From Candidatus Evtepia faecigallinarum (lineage in GTDB: Bacteria; Bacillota; Clostridia; Oscillospirales; Oscillospiraceae): a DNA stretch of 64,000 bases. The stretch covers positions 16,165-80,164 of the forward strand of contig DXEA01000114.1 of assembly GCA_019115225.1 (NCBI GenBank), given 5' to 3'. Shown piece by piece: positions 14,671 to 24,898 of the stretch; the first letter of the stretch is position 1; each line of letters starts with the position of its first letter. The notes below the pieces were generated by a model, which saw only the letters and a list, made by a program, of their open reading frames with translations, did not search any database and had not been told where the DNA came from. Made by a program: the position numbers and the translations under genes.

Positions 14671-17118
14671 ATGCTTTCAGAAGAAAAACAGACTCGCTTT
14701 GCTAACCTGCGCCGCCAGCTCATCGCCCGGGAGTTTTCCAACATGAACCCCCGGCAGCTGGAGGGGGTCCTGGCCACGGAAGGCCCCCTGCTGCTGCTGG
14801 CCGGGGCGGGCAGCGGAAAGACCACGGTGCTCATCCACCGCATCGCCAACCTCCTGCGCTATGGCCGGGGCTCGGACAGCCGGGAGATCCCGGACTATGT
14901 GACCGAGGAAGATCTGGCCTTTTTGGAAGAGTATGCCCGGGACCCGGACCCCGCCCCCCAGGCGGACAGCCGGGCCAGACTCCTGTGCGCCCTGGAGCCC
15001 GCCGCCCCCTGGCAGGTGATCGCCATCACCTTTACCAACAAGGCCGCCGGGGAACTCAAGCAGCGTTTGGAGGACAAGATCGGCCCCGAGGCACGGGACG
15101 TGTGGGCGGCCACCTTCCACTCGGCCTGCGTGCGTATCCTGCGGCGGTATATTGAACAGCTGGGCTATCCCTCCTCGTTTACCATTTACGACACCGATGA
15201 CTCCCTGCGGGTCATCAAGGAGTCTTTGAAGGAACTGAACATGGACGACAAGTCCTTCCCGCCCCGGGCCGTCCTGAGTACCATCTCCCGGGCCAAGGAC
15301 GAGATGCTCCTGGCCCAGGATTTCCTGGACCAGAGCCGGGCGAAGGGGGATTACCGCCAGCAGAAGATCGCCAACGTCTATCTGGCTTATGAGAAAAAGC
15401 TCCGGGCGGCGGGGGCGCTGGATTTTGATGACATCATCCTGCACACCGTCCGCCTGCTCCAGCAGTTCCCCGAAGCCCGGGAGTATTATCAGAACAAGTT
15501 CCGCTACGTCCTCATCGACGAGTATCAGGACACCAATCACCTGCAATACCTCCTGGCCGCCCTGCTGGCCGGGGGGCGGAAGAACATCTGCGTGGTGGGC
15601 GACGACGACCAGTCCATCTACCGCTTCCGGGGGGCCACCATCGAAAACATCCTCTCCTTTGAGCAGGAGTATCAGAATGCCCGGGTCATCCGGCTGGAGC
15701 AGAACTACCGCTCCACCGGCAATATCCTGGCCGCGGCCAACGGGGTCATTCGCAACAACCGGGGCCGGAAGGGCAAAAAGCTGTGGACCGACCACGGGGA
15801 AGGGGAGAAGGTCTATTTCTACACCGCCGGCAGCGAGCGGGAGGAAGGGTTATATGTGGCCACCCAGCTGCTGCGGGCCTATGGCGAGGGGAGACAGTGG
15901 CGGGACTGCGCCGTCCTGTACCGGATGAACGCCCTGTCCAATCAGATCGAAATGGCACTGAAAAGCAACAGCATCCCCTACCGGGTGGTGGGGGGCTTCC
16001 GCTTCTTCGAGCGGGCGGAGATCAAGGACATGCTCTCCTATCTCTGCGTCATCCACAACCCCCAGGACGACCTGCGCCTGCTGCGGGTGGTGAACAATCC
16101 CCCCCGGGGCATCGGCGCCAAGACCATGGAGACCGCCCGGACCATCGCCGTCCAGGAGGGCCGCAGCCTGTGGGACATCCTCACCAACGCCGCCCAGATC
16201 CCCGCCCTGCAGCGGGCAGCCCCCAAGTTCCAAAAGTTTGTGGACCTGATCCAGGCCATGCAGCGCCTGGCCCAGGAGGCCGACCTGCCGGAGTTTTACG
16301 AAACCCTCATCCAGGAGAGCGGTTATGCCGCCATGCTCTCGGAGAAAAAGGACAACGAGAGCAAGTCCCGCCTGGAGAACATCCACGAGCTGTCCTCCTC
16401 CATCAGCGGCTATTTGGAAAACGCAGAGGAACCCACCCTGGGGGGCTTCCTGGACGAAGTTGCCCTGTACACCGACCTGGACAGCGTGGAGGACGGGGAC
16501 AACTGCGTCACCCTCATGACCATGCACGCGGCCAAGGGGTTGGAGTTTCCCATCGTCTTTTCCGTGGGCATGGAGGAGGGGGTTTTCCCCGGCTACCGTG
16601 CCATCGGGGAGGAGGAAGAGCTGGAAGAGGAGCGCCGCCTGTGCTATGTGGCCCTGACCCGGGCCAAGGAGCGGCTCTATCTCACCTGTGCTGCCCAGCG
16701 GATGCTCTTCGGCCGCACCTCGGCAAACCTCCCCTCCCGGTTCGTCCAGGAGATCCCCCCGGAGCATTTGCAGGCCGGCGGCCGGGTCCGCCAGCCCCGG
16801 CGGGAGATCATTCAGGACAACGACTGGTCCACCGAAGAGCGGTTCTCTCAGCTCCGGCAGCCGGTCTCCCGGTCCCAGATGCCCCGGCCCTCGGGCACCC
16901 GCGCCGCCCCGGCGGCCTATCGCCAGCCTGCCCCCAAGGCAAAACCCCTCATGCAGCTGCGAAAGGGGGAGGTGGTCCGCCACGCCGCCTTCGGTACCGG
17001 CATGGTGCTGTCCATCCAGCCCATGGGCGGGGATGCCCTCATCGAGGTGGCCTTTGACAACGTGGGCACCAAGCGGATGATGCTCAAAGCGGCCTCCCAA
17101 TTTATGACCAAGCTGTGA
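14671..17118 (+). CDS. pcrA: ATP-dependent DNA helicase PcrA/UvrD family, 815 aa
   Basis: ..LLLLAGAGSGKTTVL.. (motif I), ..VLIDEYQDTN.., ..QNYRST.., ..TMHAAKGLEFP.., ..RRLCYVALTRAKERLYL.. Confidence 0.9.
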   Translation: MLSEEKQTRFANLRRQLIAREFSNMNPRQLEGVLATEGPLLLLAGAGSGKTTVLIHRIANLLRYGRGSDSREIPDYVTEEDLAFLEEYARDPDPAPQADSRARLLCALEPAAPWQVIAITFTNKAAGELKQRLEDKIGPEARDVWAATFHSACVRILRRYIEQLGYPSSFTIYDTDDSLRVIKESLKELNMDDKSFPPRAVLSTISRAKDEMLLAQDFLDQSRAKGDYRQQKIANVYLAYEKKLRAAGALDFDDIILHTVRLLQQFPEAREYYQNKFRYVLIDEYQDTNHLQYLLAALLAGGRKNICVVGDDDQSIYRFRGATIENILSFEQEYQNARVIRLEQNYRSTGNILAAANGVIRNNRGRKGKKLWTDHGEGEKVYFYTAGSEREEGLYVATQLLRAYGEGRQWRDCAVLYRMNALSNQIEMALKSNSIPYRVVGGFRFFERAEIKDMLSYLCVIHNPQDDLRLLRVVNNPPRGIGAKTMETARTIAVQEGRSLWDILTNAAQIPALQRAAPKFQKFVDLIQAMQRLAQEADLPEFYETLIQESGYAAMLSEKKDNESKSRLENIHELSSSISGYLENAEEPTLGGFLDEVALYTDLDSVEDGDNCVTLMTMHAAKGLEFPIVFSVGMEEGVFPGYRAIGEEEELEEERRLCYVALTRAKERLYLTCAAQRMLFGRTSANLPSRFVQEIPPEHLQAGGRVRQPRREIIQDNDWSTEERFSQLRQPVSRSQMPRPSGTRAAPAAYRQPAPKAKPLMQLRKGEVVRHAAFGTGMVLSIQPMGGDALIEVAFDNVGTKRMMLKAASQFMTKL

Positions 17119-17144
17119 TCGCCCCCAGCGGGTGTGACGGAAAG

Positions 17145-17196
17145 AAAAAAACGGTGTTCCGCTCCAGAAAAGCCTGGAGCAGAACACCGTTTTTTC
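17145..17196. terminator. Bidirectional intrinsic terminator between convergent pcrA and the glycosylase gene
   Basis: aaaaaaacggtgttccgctccag ... ctggagcagaacaccgtttttt. Confidence 0.75.
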
Positions 17197-17206
17197 AAAG
17201 AAAGGG

Positions 17207-17827
17207 TCATGGGGCGATGAGATACCGCCAGGGGAAGTGGACGGCCTCCTGGGCGTAGCCGATGCCCACCCGCGGGCCGGTGGAGACGGAGAAGGGGAGA
17301 AGGTCCTCCGGCGGGGTGGTCAGGCCGATGTCCTCCAGCCGGTCGCAGAGAAAGAGGGTGTCCCCCAGCAGGGAGATGCCGTTTTCCTCTCTGGTCAGAT
17401 TTAAAGCCTTGCAGAGCTTGCCGGGGCCGTTGAGGAAATTTTTCCGCTGATAGCTGCTCAGTTCTTTCTGGGACTTGCCATAACGGTTCCAGGCCAGGGC
17501 CTCCCGATGGCTCCGGGGCTGGCCGCCCCGGAGCAGGACGGCGCAGGGCTCCCCCTGGGCCTCTGTCACACAATTCAGGCAGTGGTACATACCATAAATG
17601 AAGTAGATATAAGCCGTTCCCGGCGGGGCGAACAAGGTCTCGGTCCGGGCCGTGCGGCGGTAGTTGTAGGCGTGGCAGGCTTTGTCCAGGCGGCCGATAT
17701 AGGCCTCGGTCTCGCACAGCCGCACGGCCAAGGGCAGACCGTCCTGCACCCGCACCAGATACTTTCCCAACAGCTCCCGGGCCACGGTACGGGTGTCCCG
17801 GTTGTAAAAATCCTGTGTCAGCTTCAT
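17207..17827 (-). CDS. DNA-3-methyladenine glycosylase (Mpg/AAG family), 206 aa
   Basis: MKLTQDFYNRDTRTVARELLGKYLV..., ..ETEAY.., ..AYIYFIYGMYHCLN.., ..NGPGKLCKAL.. The start at 17827 forms an ATGA overlap with the PPTase stop. The 393-aa ORF-track version is an artefactual upstream extension. Confidence 0.85.
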   Translation of the reverse strand: MKLTQDFYNRDTRTVARELLGKYLVRVQDGLPLAVRLCETEAYIGRLDKACHAYNYRRTARTETLFAPPGTAYIYFIYGMYHCLNCVTEAQGEPCAVLLRGGQPRSHREALAWNRYGKSQKELSSYQRKNFLNGPGKLCKALNLTREENGISLLGDTLFLCDRLEDIGLTTPPEDLLPFSVSTGPRVGIGYAQEAVHFPWRYLIAP

Positions 17828-18321
17828 GGCGCCTCCATCCAGCAGATCGTTTCCGGTGGTTCCTCCTCGCCGCACACGGCGGCCCGCCAGGTTTCCCCGG
17901 CGTAGGTGCGGAAGTACAGCCCCTCCTGGGGCGGAGCTTCCCCCCACCGGCGGCCCAGGCCCTCGCCGGTGTATTTGCACCAGGCCTCCTTGCGGGTCCA
18001 GAGGGTGTAAAAGGCGGGCCAGTCCCCTCCCAGCGCCTGGTACCGGGCATATTCCTCCGGCGTCAGGGCATACCGGGGGAGGGAGGCGCCCCGGGGGCGC
18101 ATGACCTCGATGTCCACGCCCACAGGCCGGTCCGACAGCACGCACAGGGTCAGTTGGCCGCTGTGGCTCCAGTTGAAATGGAGGTGGGGGTAATCCGGCA
18201 GATACGGCTTGCCCAGGGGCGTCCGGGCCAGAGGGGGCAGAACGGACAGACCGTAAGCACGGGCCAGGGCATCGCCCAGGAGGGTTTGGGGTGTGGTGTT
18301 CCGGGAACCATAGAGGTACAT
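17824..18321 (-). CDS. 4'-phosphopantetheinyl transferase, Sfp type, 165 aa
   Basis: ..HFNWSHSG.., ..VGVDIE.., ..FYTLWTRKEAWCKYTGEG.. (W/KEA motif). Confidence 0.8.
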   Translation of the reverse strand: MYLYGSRNTTPQTLLGDALARAYGLSVLPPLARTPLGKPYLPDYPHLHFNWSHSGQLTLCVLSDRPVGVDIEVMRPRGASLPRYALTPEEYARYQALGGDWPAFYTLWTRKEAWCKYTGEGLGRRWGEAPPQEGLYFRTYAGETWRAAVCGEEEPPETICWMEAP

Positions 18322-18381
18322 GGCAAACTCCTTTCGGGGTGGAAAATTTCCCGGCAGAGAGGGAAAAGCCGTCGGAAAGGC

Positions 18382-18411
18382 TTGCCAATCTCAGGGGAAT
18401 TGGATTATAAT
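18382..18411 (+). promoter_or_regulatory. Sigma-70-type promoter for murC
   Basis: TTGCCA (18382-18387) - 18 nt - TATAAT (18406-18411). Confidence 0.45.
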
Positions 18412-18525
18412 ATCAGACTGACATATTCTTCTAAAGAGAACTGCGGTTTGGGCGCAGCCCACTTTGCCCGCGTCAGGCCGCAGGATAGTTCTATTATAGC
18501 GGAAGGGAAAAGGTGTGTAAAGCCA

Positions 18526-19911
18526 ATGGAAAAGGATCGAATCCATGACTATATCGTGCCCGGCAAGAAGGCACATTTGGTGGGGATCGGCGGTGTGTCC
18601 ATGTCCCCCCTGGCAGAGGTGCTGCAGGGAGAGGGGCTGAACATCTCCGGCTCGGATATGCAGGAGAGCCCGGCGGTGGAGCATCTGCGGTCCCTGGGCA
18701 TCCCCGTGGTCATCGGCCACCTGCCGGAAAGCGTGGAGGGGAAGGACCTGGTCATCCGCACCGCCGCCGTCCACGACAACAACCCTGAAATCGCTGCCGC
18801 CCACGCGCTGGGCATCCCCGTCTTTGAGCGGGCCCAGGCCTGGGGCTCCATCATGCGCCGGTATGAAAATGCCCTGTGCATCTCCGGCACCCACGGCAAG
18901 ACCACCACCACCTCCATGTGTACCCACATCGCCATGGCCGCCCGCATCGACCCCACGGTGATGATCGGCGGCACCCTGCCCATCTTAGGCACGGGCCACC
19001 GGGTGGGGAAGGGGAAGACCATCATTTTGGAGTCCTGTGAATACTGCAACTCCTTCCTCTCCTTCTATCCCACCGTGGCGGTGATCCTGAACATCGAGGC
19101 CGACCATCTGGACTTTTTCAAAGACCTGGAGGACGTGGAGCACTCCTTCCGGGCCTTTGCCGACCTGGTACCGCCGGGGGGCACGGTCCTGGCCAACGGA
19201 GAGGACAAGAACACCATGGATGCCCTGGCAGGCAAGAAGGGCGTGCGCACCTTTGGCCTGCATGAGGGGGATTTCCACGCGGAAAATCTCACCTGGGACC
19301 ACGGCTTCCCCTCCTTTGACGTGGTGCAGGACGGCAAGCCTGCCGTCCACATCACCCTCCAGGTCCCCGGTGAGCACAATGTGAAAAATGCCATCGCCGC
19401 CGCTGCCGCCGCCCTCATCCTGGGCCTGCCCGCCCAGGCCGTTGCCCAGGGGCTCAAGGACTTCCGGGGGGCCGGCCGCCGCTTTGAGTACAAGGGAGAG
19501 GTGAAGGGGGCGACTGTCTATGACGACTACGCCCACCACCCCGGCGAGCTGAAGGCCCTGCTGGACACCGCCGCCAAGCTGGACTACAAGCGGGTGATCT
19601 GCGCCTTCCAGCCCCACACCTACACCCGCACCAAGGCCCTGTTCTCGGAGTTTGCCGAAGTGCTGCAGCACGCAGACGTGACCTTCCTGGCAGAGATCTT
19701 CGCCGCCCGGGAAAAGAACGAGGTGGGGATTTCCTCCCAGGACCTGGCCGCCGCCATTCCTGGCGCGAAAGCCGCCAAAGACTTTGCCCAGCTCACCGAC
19801 TGGCTCTACGACCTGGCCCAGCCGGGGGACCTGATCCTCACGGTGGGGGCCGGGGATGTCTACACCGTCGGGGAGGAATTGGTCCGCCGGGGCCGGAAGG
19901 CCCAGGGCTGA
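18526..19911 (+). CDS. murC: UDP-N-acetylmuramate--L-alanine ligase, 461 aa
   Basis: MEKDRIHDYIVPGKKAHLVGIGGVSMSPLAEVL..., ..ISGTHGKTTTTSM.. The in-frame start at 18526 was chosen; the ORF-track start at 17815 overlaps two minus-strand genes. Confidence 0.9.
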   Translation: MEKDRIHDYIVPGKKAHLVGIGGVSMSPLAEVLQGEGLNISGSDMQESPAVEHLRSLGIPVVIGHLPESVEGKDLVIRTAAVHDNNPEIAAAHALGIPVFERAQAWGSIMRRYENALCISGTHGKTTTTSMCTHIAMAARIDPTVMIGGTLPILGTGHRVGKGKTIILESCEYCNSFLSFYPTVAVILNIEADHLDFFKDLEDVEHSFRAFADLVPPGGTVLANGEDKNTMDALAGKKGVRTFGLHEGDFHAENLTWDHGFPSFDVVQDGKPAVHITLQVPGEHNVKNAIAAAAAALILGLPAQAVAQGLKDFRGAGRRFEYKGEVKGATVYDDYAHHPGELKALLDTAAKLDYKRVICAFQPHTYTRTKALFSEFAEVLQHADVTFLAEIFAAREKNEVGISSQDLAAAIPGAKAAKDFAQLTDWLYDLAQPGDLILTVGAGDVYTVGEELVRRGRKAQG

Positions 19912-19977
19912 GCGGCCCGGATACAACACCCCTCCCCCCGCCTTTTTTCACCGGGGGAGGTTTGGAGAAGAGAGAAG

Positions 19978-20967
19978 ATGGAAAAAATCCAATTACATGA
20001 AATCCCCGGCTTTTCCGTGGGCCAGGTCCAGGACCTGGCCGGGGGTACCGGCTGCACGGTGATCCTATGTCCCCAAGGGGCGGTCACCGGCGTAGATGTG
20101 CGGGGGGGCTCCCCCGGCACCCGGGACACGGACGCCCTGGACCCGGTGTGCAACCGGGAGGTGGTCCACGCGGTGGTCCTCACCGGCGGCAGCGCCTTTG
20201 GGCTGGATGCCGCCGGCGGGGTGATGGCCCGGCTGGAGGAGGAAAAGATCGGCCGGGACGTGGGGGTGACGGTGGTGCCCAATGTGTGCGCCGCCGTGCT
20301 CTTTGACCTCAAGTGCGGGGCCACGGACGTGCGGCCCGATGCCGCCATGGGCCGGGCCGCCTGTGAGGCCGCCCTGGCGGGCGGCCCCTTCCAAGAGGGG
20401 AACTTCGGGGCGGGGACCGGCTGCACCGTGGGCAAGATCCGCGGGCCCCAGTGGGCCATGAAAGGCGGCATCGGCGCCTGCGCCTTCCGCCAGGGGGAGC
20501 TGATGGTGGGGGCCATCGTGGCCTGCAACGCCATGGGCGACATTTTGGAAAATGGCAAAACCATTGCCGGGGCCCGCACCGAGGACGGAACCGGCTTCCT
20601 CGGCACCGAGGACTGGCTTGTTGCCCACGGCCAGCGCCAGCGGGACATTTTCAGCGGCAAGCTGGTGGGGGAGAACACCGTCATCGGCTGTGTCATCACC
20701 AACGCCGCCATGACCAAGGCCCAGGCCACCAAGCTGGCCGCCGTGGCCCAGAACGGGATCGCCCGGGCCGTCCGCCCCGCCAACGCCACCTTTGACGGCG
20801 ACAGTATGTTCGCCATGTGCCGGGGCACGGTGGGGGCCGACCCGGACGCGGTGGGCATCTTGGCCGCCCGGGCCGTGGAGGAGGCCATCGTCCGGGGCGT
20901 CAAGGCCGCCGAGACCGCCTATGGCCGCACCGCCCTCCGGGACCTGCCCGCCGGGACGAAACCATAA
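19978..20967 (+). CDS. P1/S58 family peptidase (DmpA-like L-aminopeptidase/D-esterase), 329 aa
   Basis: ..GFSVGQVQDLAGGTGCTVILCP.., ..VDVRGGSPGTRDTD.., ..LTGGSAFGLDAA.., ..NTVIGCVITNA.. Confidence 0.8.
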   Translation: MEKIQLHEIPGFSVGQVQDLAGGTGCTVILCPQGAVTGVDVRGGSPGTRDTDALDPVCNREVVHAVVLTGGSAFGLDAAGGVMARLEEEKIGRDVGVTVVPNVCAAVLFDLKCGATDVRPDAAMGRAACEAALAGGPFQEGNFGAGTGCTVGKIRGPQWAMKGGIGACAFRQGELMVGAIVACNAMGDILENGKTIAGARTEDGTGFLGTEDWLVAHGQRQRDIFSGKLVGENTVIGCVITNAAMTKAQATKLAAVAQNGIARAVRPANATFDGDSMFAMCRGTVGADPDAVGILAARAVEEAIVRGVKAAETAYGRTALRDLPAGTKP

Positions 20968-20998
20968 CCGGCATCCTTTGCCAGAAAGGAACCCATTT

Positions 20999-22708
20999 AT
21001 GCAGAAAGTATCCCAACTGCCCTATACACGCCTGTCCCTGGAGGAGTTCGCCCAGGAGGCCCGGCAGATCATTGACCAGGTGAAGGGGGCAGCCTCCGCC
21101 CAGGAGGTCCTGGCCGCCCGGGACAAGTGCAACCAGCTGGTCATCCGTCTGGAGACCGCCCAGGCCCTGTCCTACATGCGCTACAGCATCAACACCGCCG
21201 ACGAGTTCTATCTGGCGGAGAAGGATTACTATGACGAGATGGGCCCCCAGGCCCAGAACTATTTGTTGGAGTATACCCGCGCCATGCTGGCCTCCCCCTT
21301 CCGCAAGGAGCTGGAGGGGACGGGGGAGATCATCCCCCTGGTTTTCCGCTCCTTTGAAGTGGAGCTCAAGTCCATGTCTCCCGAGATTATCGAGGACATG
21401 GTGGAGGAGAACCGGGTGGTCAGCCAGTACTCCCAGCTCATGGCTGGCATGGAGTTTGTATTCCGGGGCGAAAAGCTCCCCCGGCCCATGCTGATGAAGT
21501 ATGCCAAATCCCCCGACCGGGCCACCCGGAAGGAGGCCTATGAGGTCCTGGGCCGCACCTTACAGGCCCACAGCCAGCAGTTGGACAGCATCTTTGACCA
21601 GCTGGTCCACATCCGGGACCGGATGGCCAAGAAGATGGGGTATAAAAACTTCGTCGAGCTGGGCTATTACCGCATGGGCCGCCTGTGCTACGGCCCGGAG
21701 GAGGTCAAACAGTTCCGGGAAAACATCCGCCGGGACATTGTGCCCTTGGTGGCCCGGCTGCGCACGGAGATCGGCAAAAAGCTGGGGGTGGACACCCTCA
21801 TGCTCTATGACTACGACCTGATCTTCCCCCAGGGGGACCCCGCTCCCCAGGGCGGCAAGGAGGAAATTTTTGCCGCCGCCAAAGAGATGTACCACAGCAT
21901 GAGCAAGGAGACCGGGGAATTTATCGACTTCATGCTGGAAACGGAAGCCTTTGACGTGGAGTCCCGGAAGAACAAGTGGGGAGGCGGCTACTGCACCAGC
22001 TTCCCGGCCTACCACCAGCCCTTCATCCTGGCCAACTTCAACGGCACCTCCGGGGACGTGGACGTGGTCACCCACGAGGCCGGCCACGCCTTTGCCGACT
22101 ACACCACGGCCCACAATCGGTATATTGTGGAGCTGGGCGTGGGCGGCATGGAGACCGCCGAGACCCACTCCATGAGCATGGAGTTTTTCGCCTGGCCCTA
22201 TATGGAGCATTTCTTTGGGGAGGATGCCGGCCGGTACAAGTTCATGCACCTGCTGGACGCCCTGTCCTTCCTGCCCTACGGCACCATCGTGGACGACTTC
22301 CAGCGCCAGGTCTATGAAAACCCCGACTGGACCCCGGAAGAGCGCAAGGCCGCCTGGCGGAAATTAGAGGCGGACTTCCGGCCCCACCTTACCTTTGACG
22401 GCATCCCCTATCTGGAAGAGGGGACCCGGTGGCAGTACCAGATGCACATTTACGAGACCCCCTTCTATTATATTGACTACTGCCTGGCCCAGACGGCGGC
22501 CCTCCAGTTCCTGCTAAAAGCCCGGAAGGACTACGACGACGCGTTCCGGCGCTACGTTCACTTCCTCTCCCAGGGCGGAGAGAAGGTGTTTACCGACCTG
22601 CTCCAGGAGGCCGGCCTGCGCTCTCCCTTCCAGGAGGGCGCCCTCCAGGCCGTGGCCCGGGAGAGCGAGGTGCTGCTCCGGGAACTGGCGGTACAGGCGG
22701 GGGTCTGA
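20999..22708 (+). CDS. M3 family oligoendopeptidase (PepF-like), 569 aa
   Basis: Zinc motif HEAGHAF. Start MQKVSQLPYTRLSLEEF follows agaaagga. The ORF-track start at 20792 overlaps the previous gene. Confidence 0.85.
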   Translation: MQKVSQLPYTRLSLEEFAQEARQIIDQVKGAASAQEVLAARDKCNQLVIRLETAQALSYMRYSINTADEFYLAEKDYYDEMGPQAQNYLLEYTRAMLASPFRKELEGTGEIIPLVFRSFEVELKSMSPEIIEDMVEENRVVSQYSQLMAGMEFVFRGEKLPRPMLMKYAKSPDRATRKEAYEVLGRTLQAHSQQLDSIFDQLVHIRDRMAKKMGYKNFVELGYYRMGRLCYGPEEVKQFRENIRRDIVPLVARLRTEIGKKLGVDTLMLYDYDLIFPQGDPAPQGGKEEIFAAAKEMYHSMSKETGEFIDFMLETEAFDVESRKNKWGGGYCTSFPAYHQPFILANFNGTSGDVDVVTHEAGHAFADYTTAHNRYIVELGVGGMETAETHSMSMEFFAWPYMEHFFGEDAGRYKFMHLLDALSFLPYGTIVDDFQRQVYENPDWTPEERKAAWRKLEADFRPHLTFDGIPYLEEGTRWQYQMHIYETPFYYIDYCLAQTAALQFLLKARKDYDDAFRRYVHFLSQGGEKVFTDLLQEAGLRSPFQEGALQAVARESEVLLRELAVQAGV

Positions 22709-22724
22709 TCCTGCGCTGCTGCAA

Positions 22725-22758
22725 GGGAAGGTATCCCGGGATGGGATACCTTCCCTTT
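22725..22758 (+). terminator. Intrinsic terminator after the pepF-like gene
   Basis: gggaaggtatccc gggat gggataccttccc ttt. Confidence 0.65.
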
Positions 22759-22795
22759 GACGAAGACGGACCCCCTGGAGAAGGGGGGAATGTCC

Positions 22796-22824
22796 TTGAC
22801 TTTCCGGGAGGGACGTGCTACAGT
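22796..22824 (+). promoter_or_regulatory. Sigma-70-type promoter for the acyl-CoA synthetase / TrpR-like / iorAB cluster
   Basis: TTGACT (22796-22801) - 17 nt - TACAGT (22819-22824). Confidence 0.5.
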
Positions 22825-22898
22825 AGACTCAGCACACTATGGATTTAAAGCTGTAAAGGTCAAGAGAGCCTTTCCAGCCAAAGAAAGGATCGTCCGTC

Positions 22899-24533
22899 AT
22901 GCCTGTGACAGATTTTTTGGAACGCAATGTAAAGCTTTACGGGAATGAGACCGCCCTGGTGGAGCTCAACCCCGAGATGAAGGAGACCCGCCGGATCACC
23001 TGGAAGGAGTATGACCTCATCCAGCCCACCACCGACGAGCCCTACCGCCGGGAAATCACCTGGAACGTGTTCAATGAAAAGGCCAACCGCTTTGCCAACA
23101 TGCTCCTCTCCCGGGGGGTGAAGAAGGGGGACAAGGTGGCCATCCTCATGTACAACTGTCTGGAGTGGCTGCCTATCTACTTCGGGGTACTCAAGGCGGG
23201 GGCTCTGGCCGTGCCCTTCAACTTCCGTTACTCTGCGGAAGAAATTCAGTACTGCGCCGACCTGGCCGAAGTCCAGGTGCTGGTCTTTGGGCCGGAGTTC
23301 ATCGGGCGCATTGAGAGCGTGGCGGACAAGCTCAGCAAGGGCCGCCTGCTCATCTATGTGGGGGACAACTGCCCCACCTTTGCCGAGAGCTATCGGGAGT
23401 TAGCTGCCGACTGCTCCTCCGCACCCCCCCAGGTCCTCATCACCGACGATGACGACGGGGCCATCTATTTCTCCTCCGGCACCACCGGCTTTCCCAAAGC
23501 CATTTTACATAAACACCGCAGCCTCACCCAGGCCGCGGAGATGGAACAGAAGCACCACCAGATCACCCACGAGGACACCTTCCTGTGCATCCCGCCCCTG
23601 TACCACACCGGGGCCAAGTTCCACTGGATGGGCAGCCTCTTTGCCGGCAGCAAGGCCGTGCTGCTGAAGGGGGCCACGCCGGAGATCATCCTCAAGGCGG
23701 TCTCTGACGAGCAGTGTACCGTGGTCTGGCTCTTGGTGCCCTGGGCCCAGGACATCCTGGACGCCCTGGACCGGGGGGACCTGAAACTGTCTGACTACAA
23801 GCTGGACCAGTGGCGGCTGATGCACATCGGGGCCCAGCCGGTGCCTCCCTCCCTCATCCGCCGCTGGCGGGCCTATTTCCCCCACCACCAGTACGACACC
23901 AACTATGGCCTGTCTGAGTCCACCGGCCCGGGCTGTGTCCACCTGGGCATGGAGAACATCGACAAGGTGGGCGCCATCGGCGTGCCCGGCTATCGCTGGG
24001 AAGTCAAGGTGGTGGACGAGAACGGCAACCAGGTCCAGCAGGGCGAGGTGGGCGAGCTGTGCGTCAAGGGCCCCGGCCTCATGACCTGCTATTACAACAA
24101 CCCCGAGGCCACTGCCGAGGTTCTGAAAGACGGCTGGCTCTACACCGGTGACATGGCCATGCAGGACCCCGACGGCTTCTACTTCCTGGTGGACCGGAAG
24201 AAGGACGTGGTGGTCAGCGGCGGCGAGAACATCTATCCCGTCCAGATCGAGGACTTCCTGCGGGGCAACGACAAGATCAAGGACGTGGCCGTCATCGGCC
24301 TGCCGGACAAGCGTCTGGGCGAGATCTGCGGCGCCATCATCGAGGTCAAGGAGGGGGCCACCTGCACCGAGGAGGAGATCCAGGACTTCTGCATGAGCCT
24401 GCCCCGGTATAAGCGGCCCCGGAAGATCATCTTTGCCGAGATCCCCCGCAACGCCACCGGCAAGATCGAAAAGCCCGCCCTGCGCAAGCGCTACGGGGCA
24501 GAGCACCTGGTGGCCCAGCAGAACAGAAGCTGA
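22899..24533 (+). CDS. AMP-dependent acyl-CoA synthetase/ligase, 544 aa
   Basis: ANL motifs FSSGTTGFPKAI, ..YGLSEST.., ..YTGDMA.., ..PRNATGKIEK. Confidence 0.85.
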   Translation: MPVTDFLERNVKLYGNETALVELNPEMKETRRITWKEYDLIQPTTDEPYRREITWNVFNEKANRFANMLLSRGVKKGDKVAILMYNCLEWLPIYFGVLKAGALAVPFNFRYSAEEIQYCADLAEVQVLVFGPEFIGRIESVADKLSKGRLLIYVGDNCPTFAESYRELAADCSSAPPQVLITDDDDGAIYFSSGTTGFPKAILHKHRSLTQAAEMEQKHHQITHEDTFLCIPPLYHTGAKFHWMGSLFAGSKAVLLKGATPEIILKAVSDEQCTVVWLLVPWAQDILDALDRGDLKLSDYKLDQWRLMHIGAQPVPPSLIRRWRAYFPHHQYDTNYGLSESTGPGCVHLGMENIDKVGAIGVPGYRWEVKVVDENGNQVQQGEVGELCVKGPGLMTCYYNNPEATAEVLKDGWLYTGDMAMQDPDGFYFLVDRKKDVVVSGGENIYPVQIEDFLRGNDKIKDVAVIGLPDKRLGEICGAIIEVKEGATCTEEEIQDFCMSLPRYKRPRKIIFAEIPRNATGKIEKPALRKRYGAEHLVAQQNRS

Positions 24534-24562
24534 CCGCTTTTTCGGCGAGAGGAGGGAGCAGG

Positions 24563-24880
24563 ATGCCGAGAGCCAAGAAAAAAGAACGCAGCATGGACCT
24601 GTACGAACACATCGCCGCCCTGAGCAGTGTGGAGGAGTGCTGCCGCTTCTTCGACGATCTGTGTGCTGTCACCGAGCTGCGGGCCATGGAGCAGCGGTTC
24701 GATGTGGCCAAAATGCTCCACGCGGGAAAGGTCTACACCACCATCCTCAACGAGACCGGGGCCAGCTCCGCCACGGTCAGCCGGGTCAACCGGGTGCTCA
24801 ACTACGGCACCGGCGCCCTGGCTGAGGTGATGGACCGGGTGGGCCAGACCCAGGCCGCCCCCCCAGGGGGCAGACGATGA
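24563..24880 (+). CDS. TrpR-related YerC/YecD-family DNA-binding protein, 105 aa
   Basis: ..CCRFFDDLCAVTELRAMEQRFDVAKML..GKVYTTILNETGASSATVSRVNRVLNYG.. matches the YerC/YecD family pattern. Confidence 0.8.
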   Translation: MPRAKKKERSMDLYEHIAALSSVEECCRFFDDLCAVTELRAMEQRFDVAKMLHAGKVYTTILNETGASSATVSRVNRVLNYGTGALAEVMDRVGQTQAAPPGGRR

Positions 24881-24898
24881 AACGACAGGGAGGACAGA

